DNA from: Zootoca vivipara
Taxonomy: Eukaryota
Assembly (NCBI RefSeq): GCF_963506605.1
Contig: NC_083287.1
Coordinates: 12,214,001-12,278,000 of the forward strand
Length of the DNA stretch: 64,000 bases
Reading direction: 5' to 3'
A program made the translations under genes and the position numbers. The notes under the pieces are model-generated. The model worked only from the letters and a program-made list of their open reading frames with translations, did no database searches and was not told the DNA's origin. Shown here in pieces: positions 25,752-37,631 of the stretch. The stretch's first letter is position 1. Each line of letters starts with the position of its first letter.

Positions 25752-25971
25752 TCAAGGATTAAAATACATGGTTTACTTAACATCAGTGCATTCCCCATTT
25801 TCTGTCACTGCTTTAATCTTTGTTGTTTATATTTGGCTATATACTGATTATCATCAGAAGATTCAATATTCAATATTCTCATTGATTAAAAATACATTAT
25901 TTTACTGTTTTATTTAATTGTTGTTTCTTTTTATCATCTACATAGATTATTCATATTCTGTGACAAGCAAG

Positions 25972-27030
25972 ATGGACAATTTTGCCATGATGCCAGATGA
26001 TGAAACAACTTTTGACTATGGTCCGGATACGGCCCCAGTTCACAGCGAGGCGGGAAAAACATTTGCATCTAATTTTGTGCCACCGCTTTACTCTTTGGTG
26101 TTCATATTTGGCCTGCTGGGCAACTCATTGGTGGTTCTGATCCTCATCAGATATAAGAAGCTCAAGAACATGACTGATATCTACCTGCTCAATTTAGCCA
26201 TCTCGGACTTGCTTTTTATCTTCTCACTCCCATTTTGGGCTCATTATGCAGCCCGCGAGTGGGTATTTGGAGATGCAATGTGCAAAATTCTCTCTGGGGT
26301 CTATTGTGTAGGCTTCTACAGTGGAAGCTTTTTTATCATCCTTTTGACTATCGATAGATACCTAGCCATCGTCCACGCAGTGTTCGCATTAAAAGCCAGG
26401 ACGATCACCTATGGCACCTTCACAAGCGTCGTCACTTGGGTTGTGGCCTTATTAGCCTCTGTGCCAGAATTTATATTTCACCATGTTCAAAAGGAATCTG
26501 AGACCTACAAATGTACCATTCATTATCCCTCTGAAAATGAAAAAGAATGGAAGCAATTTCTAATTTTAATGAAGTTCATTTTGGGCCTAGCTCTTCCCGC
26601 AGTCATTATTGTCTTCTGTTACATGCGGATTATAAAGATTTTGATTAAGGGTAGAAATGAGAGAAAGCAGAAGGCTGTCAAGCTTATTTCTGTAATCATG
26701 ATTGTTTACTTCCTTTTATGGATGCCATAAAACATCACTCTTTTGTTGCAGACCTATCAAGATTCAGTTTTCTCATGTGGCTTAAAAAATGATTGTGAGA
26801 GCAAGTTATCTGTAGCCATTGCTGTGACAGAGGCAATTGCTATGATCCACTGTTGCATCAACCCTGTGATCTATGCCTTTGTGGGGGAAAAATTTAGGAA
26901 ATATCTCTCTATTTTTTCCCAGAGGTGTATGTCAGCTCTCCTCTGTCCAGGTCGCGATCACCCTCATTTAGACCGGTCTACTTCATCCTATACCAGTTCA
27001 ACAGAACATGACATTTCTGTTGGTTTGTGA
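25972..27030 (+). pseudogene. C-C chemokine receptor CCR5-like, paralog B, with a single premature stop (TAA 26728-26730) in TM6
   Basis: ORFs 25918-26730 and 26743-27030 are in the same frame. TAA replaces the TAC (Tyr of WMPYNI) seen in paralog C. Otherwise intact, 352 aa, ending ISVGL. Confidence 0.88.
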
Positions 27031-28289
27031 AGTGATTTCCAGTTTTCTTTGCAAAGGGTTTAGTTGGTATGTCTGGGAGAAGTATGCCAGACTGCTAAGG
27101 GGGAGAGAGAAATGATAGCCTATGATCTTTAGAAGGACACCATTTCATTGCCCCTTCCCACTTATAAATCTCATGGGGGAAGGAAGCAGGCAGATTTGAT
27201 GAGACACATTCTGGTGAACTAATCCGTTATAATAGGTGTTGCATAACCAACCACTCACACAAATGACTGAAAAGATTGTGCATGTATAAATAGATCCCAC
27301 CTTTGGAAACCAGTTGTGTTTGGAAGGTGAAAACAATTCATACAGGACTTCTCTCAATATGAGATACAGAATCTGATCGAAGGACCATGAAGCACAGGGT
27401 GTTAATTAAATACCTCCATCAACATCTAGTCTTCCTTGGTAGGTTCATATGAGCATTTGAAGCTGTCTTAGGTGGTCCATGGACCCATTACTTTCTACTT
27501 AAATAGGCAGCAGTTGATCCAGGGCTTCAGGTTGTATTTTTCTGCTACCATAGGATCATTTAACTGAAGCAGGAACTTCCTCCATGTTAACCACCACCAA
27601 ATTCAATGGAACCTACTCCCAGTGAACTCTGTATACAACTGCAGTCTTGCTGATCCTAATAAATTGTGTATTATGCCACCTTTGGGAGAGTGTATATTAT
27701 TTTATAATAGATCAGCACTGTTGCTTGCCTGTTTGGAATACTACTTGGGAGTGGAATTACGGGGAATGTTATGATGAGCTCCTGTATTTCCTACACCACT
27801 GTCTGTCACTACTCGTACACCTAAACTTTTGGCTCCTTTGGAGAACAGATCTTAAGCCATTAAGGTATATCAAACCATTATTTACTTCTTCCTGTCTGAC
27901 AAAGGGTATGAGAAGGTCAGTACCCTGCACAAAATGTAAACAGAGAATCCTTTGCATTGGTCCAGGAACAAGCTCTAATCCTACTTGCTAGATGTATGCC
28001 TCCTGACAGGATAGGCCAGTGCATTTCTGTGTGTTGTTCAAGTAGTGGCTGGAGGGGAATATTCTTCCACCAGTTCTTCAGCCTCTATTTGATGGGATGT
28101 TCCCAACTTCTCTCTGTCCTGGTTTCGGAATAGAGATGAAGAGCTTCTAGCACATTGTCTTTTTCTGAAAATGCACCATTTGAGTCTTTCCCACTTGTGG
28201 CGAATGAGGATTGAGACCTATTCCACTTTTCTCTGCTTTCACATATGCACAGTGCCCACTCGTAGACCATGTAGTTCAGCATCCTGTTC

Positions 28290-28428
28290 TCATAGAATCA
28301 TAGAATTAGAAGGGACCCTGAGGATCATCTAGACCAACCCACTGCAATGCAGCAATATCCCCCTTATGGGAATTGAACCTGAGACCTTGGCGTTATCAGC
28401 ACCATGCTTTACCCAACTGAGCTATCCA
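28290..28428 (-). mobile_element. tRNA-head/CR1-tail SINE (Squam2-like); related copies ~43855-43990(+), ~57268-57380(-), ~62305-62445(-)
   Basis: GGATAGCTCAGTTGG tRNA-like head and (ATTCTATG)n CR1 tail. Confidence 0.7.
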
Positions 28429-28698
28429 GCAAATTATGCAGTAGAGTTTCCTGCATTTGGAAAAAAAAATCACAGGATGGATAAGCCTTACCCTGGAAGA
28501 ACCACTTTCATGGGCAAACTGTCTGCATCAAATGTTTAGTTTCCTTATTTAAAACATTTCCATCGCATCCATTTAATTCAGATCCTGCCCCTAGTCAGGA
28601 AGGAACACATAAATCCAAGAACCAAGTGAGTGGGATGAAAGCCAGTTGTATGGATCCTGTGTGGTATTATTACTCAGGTTTTGATATTTGGGAACTGT

Positions 28699-29389
28699 TG
28701 TGACGTGGGGTTCGTGATTTCAGCTCTCTTGACATAATGTGCTGGAGACAGTTCTCTAGTAACACTTCTTTATTAAAGCAAACAAGGCTGAGCTCTGAGG
28801 AGAGGAAAACTACATTTATAGGGACAGGGGACTGGCTAGAAAGGGATACATTTTGGAGGGAACAATATCAGGCAATCACAGTGCTGCCTTTTGGAGGAAA
28901 CCAATAAGACAGAAGATCCAAATACAGCAGCTTAAATGAACCAATAGTAGCTGTACCTTCTGGAACCAAAAGGCAGTTACTTTACCCTAATGCAAATACA
29001 GTGGAACCTCGGTTTATGAACACCTCGGTTTATGAATTTTCGGTTTATGAACGGCGCGGACCCATCTGGAACGGATTAATTCACTTTCCATTACTTTTAA
29101 TGGGAAAGTTCGCTTCAGTTTATGAACGCTTCAGTTTATGAACAGACTTCCGGAACCAATTACACCCATGTTTCAGTTTATGAACGCTTCAGTTTAAGTA
29201 CTCCGCGGACCTGTCTGGAACGGATTAATCCACTTTCCATTACTTTCAATGGGAAAGTTCGCTTCAGTTTATGAACAGACTTCCGGAACCAATTGTGTTC
29301 ATAAACCGAGGTACCACTTGTACAGACAATAGCAACACAGATATAAAACCCTTTGACTCAATACACAACAGGAACTTTCATCCATGACA
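28699..29389 (-). mobile_element. Probable solo LTR interrupted by a MITE
   Basis: TG...CA ends, minus-strand TATAAA and AATAAA; interrupts homology with ~18970-19040. Confidence 0.45.
28999..29320. mobile_element. Tc1/mariner-type MITE (2 internal units)
   Basis: CAGTGGAACCTCGGTTTATGAAC / GTTCATAAACCGAGGTACCACT, TA flanks. Confidence 0.85.
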
Positions 29390-29459
29390 TGGGATCCCCT
29401 GCTGGTTAGAGAGGCATAGATGAATGGGGCCCAAGCCATCACCTCGTACATGGTAACTA

Positions 29460-29762
29460 CAGAGCCAGCCCAAGACATTTCGCCACCTGAGGCAAACCAC
29501 AAAATGGAATGCACACCCTGCCAGGGAAGAAGGAACAAGGGGAATTAAAGATCTACATTGGGGACAAGGGTGGGAGGAGACCACCAGTGCTTCCTATTAG
29601 CCAAGAGGCTGCTGTAGAGGCGGCATTCTGCAGCCGTCGCTGCCCCTGCTGTGGCAACGGTGGGGGTGGGGTGCATTTCTTGGGAGGTCAGATCTCCTGC
29701 CCCTGTGGATCCCGCCACCTGAGGCAGCCGCCCCACTTTGCTTCATAGGTGGGCTGGCCCTG
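29460..29762. mobile_element. hAT-type MITE
   Basis: TIR CAGAGCCAGCCCA / TGGGCTGGCCCTG; 8-bp TSD GGTAACT(A/G). Confidence 0.75.
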
Positions 29763-30261
29763 GGTAACTGAGCTTCTCTTCTGAAGATCTCTGCTGCCTA
29801 ATGGTGGTGCTTTTCTACACGAGGACCTCCTAGGTTAATTTTATTAAGACAAGTGACTCGCTGAAAGACTCTGTCGGAAGAATCATCCTCAATCTGGGCT
29901 ACCCAGAGATGTTGCTCTCCTGATGAAGTTTGGGGCCTCTGGTTTAGTGAGCACTTGTCACATATTAAGCCTATACTTCATGGATTACTAAGACTCTTAT
30001 ATGAAGACACTGGGCAAGACAACTCTGGGAGGTTTTTTGGTCTTTTTTGAGTGGGTTAAATGAACAACCACATGTTCACTTCTGATATCATTCTCAGAAG
30101 TGATATCCTTATCATAATCCGCTGAGTGAGAAACCTTTTAAAGTGAGCACTTGTCAGACAAACATTTCAAGGCAGGCAGTTTTGAAGACCACCTCAAAAA
30201 TACTTTGTGGACAGCCCTGTGAGTTGATGGGAATGGGTTTTTGGGAATTATTCGATTTGGC

Positions 30262-30566
30262 AACATAAACTGTAACTCAAAATTGTGCAATGAAAGTCTA
30301 GCAAGATACTGTACTTCAGTTTTCAAAACCATCTGTAGTAGTACAGAAATAGCTTTTGCTGACCAAATGATTACTGTTAGAAGGGAACTACCGTAGTCTT
30401 GATTTTGAGCAGTAATGTTGGGCAGCTAGAAATTTGCAGAACAATTCCTTCTTCACAGAGAAAAGGGCTTATTTCTTACTTTCTGGTTTTTACAATGTTC
30501 CTGTTCCAAAGAATCTAGCTGTCGCCATCATCTTTTAAAAGCAAGCAACTTTGTAGATTGGTAAGT
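30262..30566 (+). promoter_or_regulatory. Putative promoter / non-coding exon 1 of CCR paralog C (donor TTG|GTAAGT at 30561)
   Basis: Homologous block with C/EBP-like ATTGTGCAAT at 30281. Confidence 0.6.
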
Positions 30567-31873
30567 TAATTTAGGGGGGGGCAGTTGCCTTTATGTGAAT
30601 AAACAGTGAAAAAGTAAACATGGATATGAATGTTGCACGAATTTCTAAGCCTGTAAACTGACCTACTGAGATGTAAAAAGGGCATCTATTTCATACCACA
30701 ATTTGTGAATATTGATGAATAATGAACCAGTTAGCACTTTCCTGTTATGTTCATATTGTTCAGAACATTGGAATTCCATAGTCAGTTTTTGTAATCAAAG
30801 TTCTTTAATTTTTACTTCCATTGCTGGATTTTACCAATGATAAGGTAAGTGGTGCTAACATTTAAACTAATATACATGCCTTGGCTACCACAAAAGCCTG
30901 CTTGTAATTGACCCAAATACCACTTTCCAGTACTCTTGAATGTGCAGAGGAAGCTAAAGCTCCAATCCTATAGCCAGTTACCCACGAGGAAGCCCCACCG
31001 AATTCAATGTGTATGTACAGGACTGCCCAGTGAATGTACAACTTGCCCCAGTTGGAGCTGACCCATTTACACAATTTCAGTGATGTGAAAGTAGAGTTTT
31101 GAAATTAGTATCACCCTAGTTCTTAAAACACTATCCGGAGGAAATGAATATGTAGGCAGAGTATTTTGAAAGTCGACCAGAGTTTTGTTTGTTTTGTTTT
31201 TAAAGTAAAGTAATACTCTGCATAGGTTAGCCAAAGTCTAATGAAAGCAGGACCTCTGCACTTTACAGTTGTGTAGATGACCCTGAATATTAATTTATTA
31301 ATTAATAAAAATGTATAAATACATCACCTGGTTGCAACCCCCCCCAACAACCCTCAAAGTGGTTTTGTATTATTAATATGTGGTTTTATAATACAAAAAG
31401 AGAGAGTAAAGGACTCCTGGACGGTTAGGTCCAGTCAAAGGCAACTTTGAAAGTTTCTGAAATGTGGTATCCAATATTTGTGGTTTAGCAGCTGTGTCAG
31501 CGTTGCTTTTTACAGAAAAGCCCTTGATAAAGACAATCATGCCAAAACGTGCTGGACATATCTATAATAAAACATGCCCTTGTTTTTAAATCTTTGAGAC
31601 ATATTTCTCCTTTTTGTTCTGCACTTCTGGATACTTCCTTTTTCATGTTGTTTGCTTGTTTCTGAAGGATTGTTTGTTGCCAAAGGCAACAGACATGCTG
31701 TAAAATGGCTGTTTTAACCATGTCTACTCAGAAGTAAATCCCACTGGTAAGTGGGGTTAGGATTTCAACCTTAACCTGCTTCCTATTGTGAATTTTTAAC
31801 TCATGGTTTTTCCTTTCACTTGGTTAGAAGTGATCACTTTGGTATCTTCTTATTTTGTTACTACTCCTTAAAG

Positions 31874-31963
31874 CATAGCTGTCAAACTTTCCCTTTTCTC
31901 GTGAGGAAGCCTATTCAGCATAAGGGAATTTTCCTTAAAAAAAGGGAGAACTTGACAGCTATG
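31874..31963. mobile_element. 90-bp hAT-type MITE
   Basis: TIR CATAGCTGTCAA / TTGACAGCTATG; perfect 8-bp TSD CCTTAAAG. Confidence 0.88.
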
Positions 31964-32086
31964 CCTTAAAGTAGTCTATTTCCCCCCAAAGTAGGAAGAA
32001 CCAGCAGGATTCGACTGCCTATTTTTGACCACCCAAAGCCTGCATTTTAAATTAAATTTTAAATTCCTCCCCTCCTCTCCACATTA

Positions 32087-32423
32087 CAGTGGTACCTCGG
32101 TTTACAAACACAATTTGTTCCGGAAGTCTGTACTTAAACTGAAGCGAACTTAACCTGAAGCAAACTTTCCCATTGAAAGTAATGGAAAGTGGATTAATCT
32201 GTTCCAGACGGGTCTGCAGAATATTCAACCTGAAGCGTACTTAACCCCAGGTATGAGTGTAATTGGTTCCGGAAGTCCGTACTTAAACTGAAGCGAACTT
32301 AACCTGAAGCGAACTTTCCCATTGAAAGTAATGGAAAGTGGATTAATCCGTTCCAGACAGGTCCGCAGAGTACTTAAACTGAAAATACTCAAACCGAGGC
32401 GCACTTAAACCGAGGTATGACTG
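32087..32423. mobile_element. Tc1/mariner-type MITE (2 internal units)
   Basis: TA-CAGTGGTACCTCGG...CCGAGGTATGACTG-TA. Confidence 0.85.
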
Positions 32424-33104
32424 TAAACCGTCCCTTTCCACTGCCTAGCTCTGTCTGCCCGGTTGGCAGCAGCTCTGATGTACAATATTTCAGGCAGGAT
32501 TCTCTCTCAGCCCTGCCTGGAGACACCAGTGACTGAACCTGGGACCTTCTCCATGCAAAGCCGATGCTGTAACACTGAGTTATGGCCCTTCTAGAACTTT
32601 ATACTGAACTGCAATCCTAACCCCATTTATCTGGGACTAAACGCCACTGAATTCAGCGGGAGCTACTTTTCTGAGCAGACACTTTGGTTTGCAGCCATAG
32701 AAGGCTTGGGTGATGTGCTCTTAAGTCCCTTAATTCATTTTGTTTTTAAGGCGTCATAAGGCTCTTCTGTTTGTGCAGAACACTAACTGAGTGATCTGTT
32801 TCCTTATGCTGGAAGGGAACCCAAAGGAATGCAGTTGATTTGCAGATATCTGTTGATGACTGAGATTTTGGTGTCTATTGTGTGCTACACAAAAGAGAAC
32901 ATACCGGTATATTTCTGCATTAACGAAAGACAAAGTGGCACACAGACTTGTGCAATTGGAGTTTAACAGAAAATACCAGCTGAAAGTGTGAATGAATGGC
33001 AGAATGGATTGAGGTGTGTTTGAACATCGCTAACCAATAAAGACATTCAGTGGGAGAAGGTGGTCAGAAATAAAACCAGAGCATTATAGGCAAATATGTT
33101 AACA

Positions 33105-34170
33105 TCTGCAGGGTTCTGTCTCGGGTTTGCTGTTGTTCAACATCATTATAAACAACTTGGATGATGGTGTTGAGGGGATTCTTATCAAATTTGCAGATGA
33201 GACCAAACTGGGACGGGTAGGCAATGCCGCAGAAGACAGAAGTGGAATTCAAGTTGACCTAAGCAGATTGGAGAACTGGGCTAAATCTAACAAAACAAAT
33301 ATCAATAGGGTCAAATGTATGGTTCTACACTGAGGCAGGAAGAACCAGCTGCACAAATATAAGATGGGAGACACCTGGCTTGCCAGAAGTACATATGCAA
33401 AGGACCTAGAGGTCTAAGTAGACCACAAGCTTAACATGAGTCAACAGTGTGATGCTGCAGCAGCAGCAAAAAAAGCTAATGCTATTCTAGGCTGCATCAA
33501 AAGAAGTCTAACGTCCCAATCAAGGGATGTAATAGTGATAAAGGTCCAGTCCATTAGGTCCAGTCGTGACCGACTCTGGGGTTGCGTGCTCATCTCGCAT
33601 TATTGGCCGAGGGAGCCGGCGTACAGCTTCCAGGTCATATGGCCAGCATGACAAAGCCACTTCTGGCGAACCAGAACAGCACACGGAAACGGCATTTACC
33701 TTCCCGCTGTAGCGGTCCCTATTTATCTACTTGCACTTTGACATGCTTTCGAACTGCTAGGTTGGCAGGAGCTGGGACCGAGCAACGGGAGCCCACCCCG
33801 TTGCAGGGATTCGAACCGCCAACCTTCTGATCAGCAAGCCCTAGGCTCTGTGGTTTAACCAACAGCGCCACCTGCGTCCCATAATAGTGATAGCCACCTT
33901 CAAATACCTAAAGCGTTGTCACATGGAGGAAAGAGCTTGTCTTCTCCTGCTCTAGAGGCTAGGAACCAAACCAATGCATTCAAGTTATAAGGACAGGACA
34001 TTTCAACTAAACATCAAAGAGTTTTCCAACAGCATGAGCTGTTTGACAATGGAACAGACTCCAAGAGATAGTGGTCTCTCCTTCCATGGAGGTTTTCAAG
34101 GAGAGGTTGACATGTGTGATCTAGTTGAGATTCCTGCATTGCAGAGGGTTTGACTATATGACGCTCTATG
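33105..34170 (+). mobile_element. CR1 LINE 3' part, split by a Sauria SINE
   Basis: LFNIIINNLDDGVEGILIKFADETKLG (RT motif), KKANAILGCI, CR1 tail CTATGATTCTGTG. Confidence 0.85.
33541..33880 (-). mobile_element. Sauria SINE inserted in CR1, TSD TAATAGTGATA
   Basis: Direct repeats at 33530-33540 and 33882-33892. Confidence 0.9.
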
Positions 34171-34396
34171 ATTCTGTGATCCATTTCCCCTCCTCTCTCT
34201 TTTTTGCTTCTTTATTCTTATTCTTTCTTAATATTTAGTCTGTTTGCCAATATCTTGATCCTGATAAGCAGACTAAATAAATATTCAACATTAGCAATAG
34301 ATTTTTTTAAAAAAATAAATAAATTATATATTACAATAAAGTTTCATGCTGATATCTTTTATGATGTCTGTGAATTCTTTATTCTCAGGGAAGAAG

Positions 34397-35464
34397 ATGG
34401 ATGATTATATTGATTTGCCAGAAGATTATGGTCTAACCACATCTTATTACTATGATACGGGAGTAGCCCCAGTCCGCATCTTGGCAGGGAAATCATTTGC
34501 ATCTTATGTTGTGCCACCACTTTACTCTTTGGTGTTCATCTTTGGCCTGCTGGGCAACTCACTGGTGGTTCTGATCCTCATCAGATACAAGAAGCTCAAG
34601 AACATGACCGATATCTACCTGCTCAATTTAGCCATCTCGGACTTGCTTTTCATCTTCTCGCTCCCATTTTGGGCTTATTACGCAGCGCACGAGTGGATAT
34701 TTGGAGATGCAATGTGCAAAATTCTCTCTGGGATCTATTACGTAGGCTTCTACAGCGGAAGTTTTTTTATCATCCTTTTGACTTTCGATAGATACCTGGC
34801 CATCGTCCATGCAGTCTTCGCATTAAAAGCCAGGACGATCACCTATGGCACCTTCACAAGTGTCATAACTTGGGTTGTGGCCTTATTAGCCTCTGTGCCA
34901 GAATTTGTATTTCACCATGTTCAAACGGAATCTGAGACCTACAAATGTACCATTCATTATCCTTCAAAAAATGAAAATGATTGGAAGCAATTTCTAACTT
35001 TAATGAGGGTTGTCTTGGGCCTAGCTCTTCCCGCAGTCATCATTGTTTTCTGTTACATGCAGATTATAAAGATTTTGATTAAGGGTAGAAATGAGAGAAA
35101 GCAGAAGGCTGTCAAGCTTATTTCTGTAATCATGATTGTTTACTTCCTTTTATGGATGCCATACAACATCACTCTTTTGTTGCAGACCTATCAAGATTCA
35201 ATTTTCTCATGTGGCTTAAAAAATGATTGTGAGGGAAAGTTATCTGTAGCCATTGGGGTGACAGAGATAATTGCCATGATCCACTGTTGCATCAACCCTG
35301 TGATCTATGCCTTTGTAGGGGAAAAGTTTAGGAAATATCTCTCTATCTTTTTCCAGAAGTGTACATTAGTTCCTCTCTGTCCAGGTCGCGATCACCCTAG
35401 TTTAGACCGGTCTACTTCCTCCTACATGAGTACAACAGAACATGAACTTTCTATTGGTTTGTAA
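34397..35464 (+). CDS. C-C chemokine receptor CCR5-like, paralog C (355 aa)
   Basis: Intact 7TM ORF with DRYLAIV and NPVIY. Acceptor ttctttattctcag ends at 34388, followed by GGAAGAAG-ATG. Tyr/acid-rich N-terminus. Confidence 0.94.
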   Translation: MDDYIDLPEDYGLTTSYYYDTGVAPVRILAGKSFASYVVPPLYSLVFIFGLLGNSLVVLILIRYKKLKNMTDIYLLNLAISDLLFIFSLPFWAYYAAHEWIFGDAMCKILSGIYYVGFYSGSFFIILLTFDRYLAIVHAVFALKARTITYGTFTSVITWVVALLASVPEFVFHHVQTESETYKCTIHYPSKNENDWKQFLTLMRVVLGLALPAVIIVFCYMQIIKILIKGRNERKQKAVKLISVIMIVYFLLWMPYNITLLLQTYQDSIFSCGLKNDCEGKLSVAIGVTEIIAMIHCCINPVIYAFVGEKFRKYLSIFFQKCTLVPLCPGRDHPSLDRSTSSYMSTTEHELSIGL

Positions 35465-35886
35465 AGTGATTTCCAGTTGTGTGTTGTTTTTGTTTGTGTG
35501 CCTCTGTTTAGTTGTTATGCCTGGGAGGTATTTCAGACTTCTAAGGAGCAGGGGACCATCATGATGAACTCCTGCACTTTAAAATTTGTAAGTATACCAC
35601 TGCCAGGCTAGGCATGGTCAAATCTGTCAGTTTTCAATTTCAGCAAGTTTCTGATTTTTCCATTACTGCATTATGTTTTGTTCTCTACATTTCCACAGCA
35701 GTTTGTGCTTTTTTTTTTTTTAAAAAAAGTGTCATCATATAAATTCACCAGTATTTCCACTAATATTTTTTCTATGCAATGTCTTCTAACATACACATTT
35801 TTGCAAACTGATTTTCTGCAATATAATGCACTTTCATATGCCATTTTCACTAACGTGCATTCTAATAGGCATTTTATATCCTAGCA

Positions 35887-36222
35887 CAGGGGTGGCCAAC
35901 TCCAAAGAGACTGCGATCTATTCACAGAGTTAAAAACTGGCAGTGATCTACCCCCTTTTGGGAGGCTTAGGTCAGAGTTGTTGAGATTTTTTTAGGAAGG
36001 AGGAAGGCCAATTTTTTTTTAGGGGTTCAGGACAGAGTTGTTGAGCTTTTCTGAGGCGGGAGAAAAGCCCTGTTTTAGGGGGTGAAGCGCTAAAATGTTG
36101 AGCATTTTTAGGGGAGCCAAAGTTGTTGAGGTTCTTTGGGGGAGCCAGTGATCTACCAGTGATCTACCACAGACGTCCAGTGATCTACCAGTAGATCATA
36201 ATCTACCTGTTGGACGTGCCTG
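35887..36222. mobile_element. hAT-type element with internal tandem repeats
   Basis: CAGGGGTGGCCAAC / GTTGGACGTGCCTG; 8-bp TSD TCCTAGCA. Confidence 0.85.
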
Positions 36223-36276
36223 TCCTAGCATATTCATTTTTGTACACCTTAATTGGCCAAAGAACTGAACTGCAAA

Positions 36277-36465
36277 CAGGGCCGTCTTAAGCGTAGCTGG
36301 TGCCTTGGCGCCGTGATGCGAACTATCCCTCTGGTGCCCCCCCCCCGTTTCGGAGCGCGCAGCTGTCTGGCGGGCACAGTGCGCAGCGCGGCTTTCGCAG
36401 GTGCTGCAGTGCAGCGCCCCCCTGGCGGCCCTGCGCCACCCAGTCTTGCCTTAGGGCCGGCCCTG
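36277..36465. mobile_element. GC-rich hAT-type MITE
   Basis: CAGGGCCG / CGGCCCTG; 8-bp TSD ACTGCAAA. Confidence 0.85.
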
Positions 36466-37406
36466 ACTGCAAAATTTGGAGAAATGCACATTTTCAAGGG
36501 TTTTGGTTCTTGCATTGCATTTGAAAGAACAAATTAAGTAGCCTTGTCTGTAAATGCGAACTGAATCTAATTTCTCCCCAATCCCTACACATAGCACAGA
36601 TCTGGGGAAATGTTTTGTTACTTTAGAAGAAATTAAAATGCTGGTGAATTTTCTGGAGAACTTAACATATATGATGCAGGGAGAACTGTCTCACAGACAC
36701 ACAGATCGTCCGTGATCTGTCGTCTCGCATCAAGGTGCGATCAGCAGGGACGCTGGGTCTAAGAGCATGGCAAAGCTGGCGCTCTCCAGAGCCACTCCTA
36801 CATGTAAGATACACCTGTTTTACATAACTATAACATGGGGGGGGGGGACCAGGCATGTTCCAGATGGAGGAGGAAAAAAGGAAAAAACTACTAAATTATA
36901 CAGTCATTGGATGTTGAATTTCGGACTTTAAACGGACTCTCATCTTGAAACGTGGATTAAGGAGGTGAGCAACCTCTATCTTTCCGTACTTGCTACATTA
37001 CATCATGATTTGGTGAAGCTCAGCCAGAAAGAATTTAATTACTTAAACGAAACAAAAGAGGCAAAGGTTATAATTGAATGCATGATATACAGCCCTCAAA
37101 AACTCTAATGAGAAGTTGACAAAACAAGATCAGACATGGCAGCTCGGATTGAAGACAGAAACAAAATGGTGATCATTATTGCACAGTTACAAAAAAGAAG
37201 AAGAAGGAATTCTTATGGAAAAGAGCTCCTTTGGACTTAGGGTGTACTGTATTTCGTTCTAAAATATATCTGCTTGTGTGGATTATTTTTATACATGATT
37301 GTGGACAGAAGGACGGAGAGCGCTGGATCTCTGCCAGGAGCTTTGGGGGGGGGGGTGTCCTGTTGTTCTTGGAGGAATTTAAATAATTTTCATATAATAT
37401 ACACTA

Positions 37407-37631
37407 CAGTGGTACCTCTACTTACGAATAACTCTACTTACGAATGTTTCTACTTACGAACGGAGCTCCGTCCGCCATCTAGGATGTGGTTGAGATAGGA
37501 TTTTTTCTACTTACGCATTTTTAGATGCATTTTTTCTCCCAATGCATTCCTATGGGATTCAACTTACAAATTTTTCCGACTTACAAATGTGTGTTCGGAA
37601 CACATTAAATTCGTAAGTAGAGGTACCACTG
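37407..37631. mobile_element. Tc1/mariner-type MITE
   Basis: Perfect TIR CAGTGGTACCTCTACTTACGAA, TA TSD. Confidence 0.88.

Noticed and set aside
28360-28428. tRNA-like sequences (also 8969 and 62390)
   Set aside because: Degenerate SINE heads attached to LINE-derived tails, not tRNA genes.
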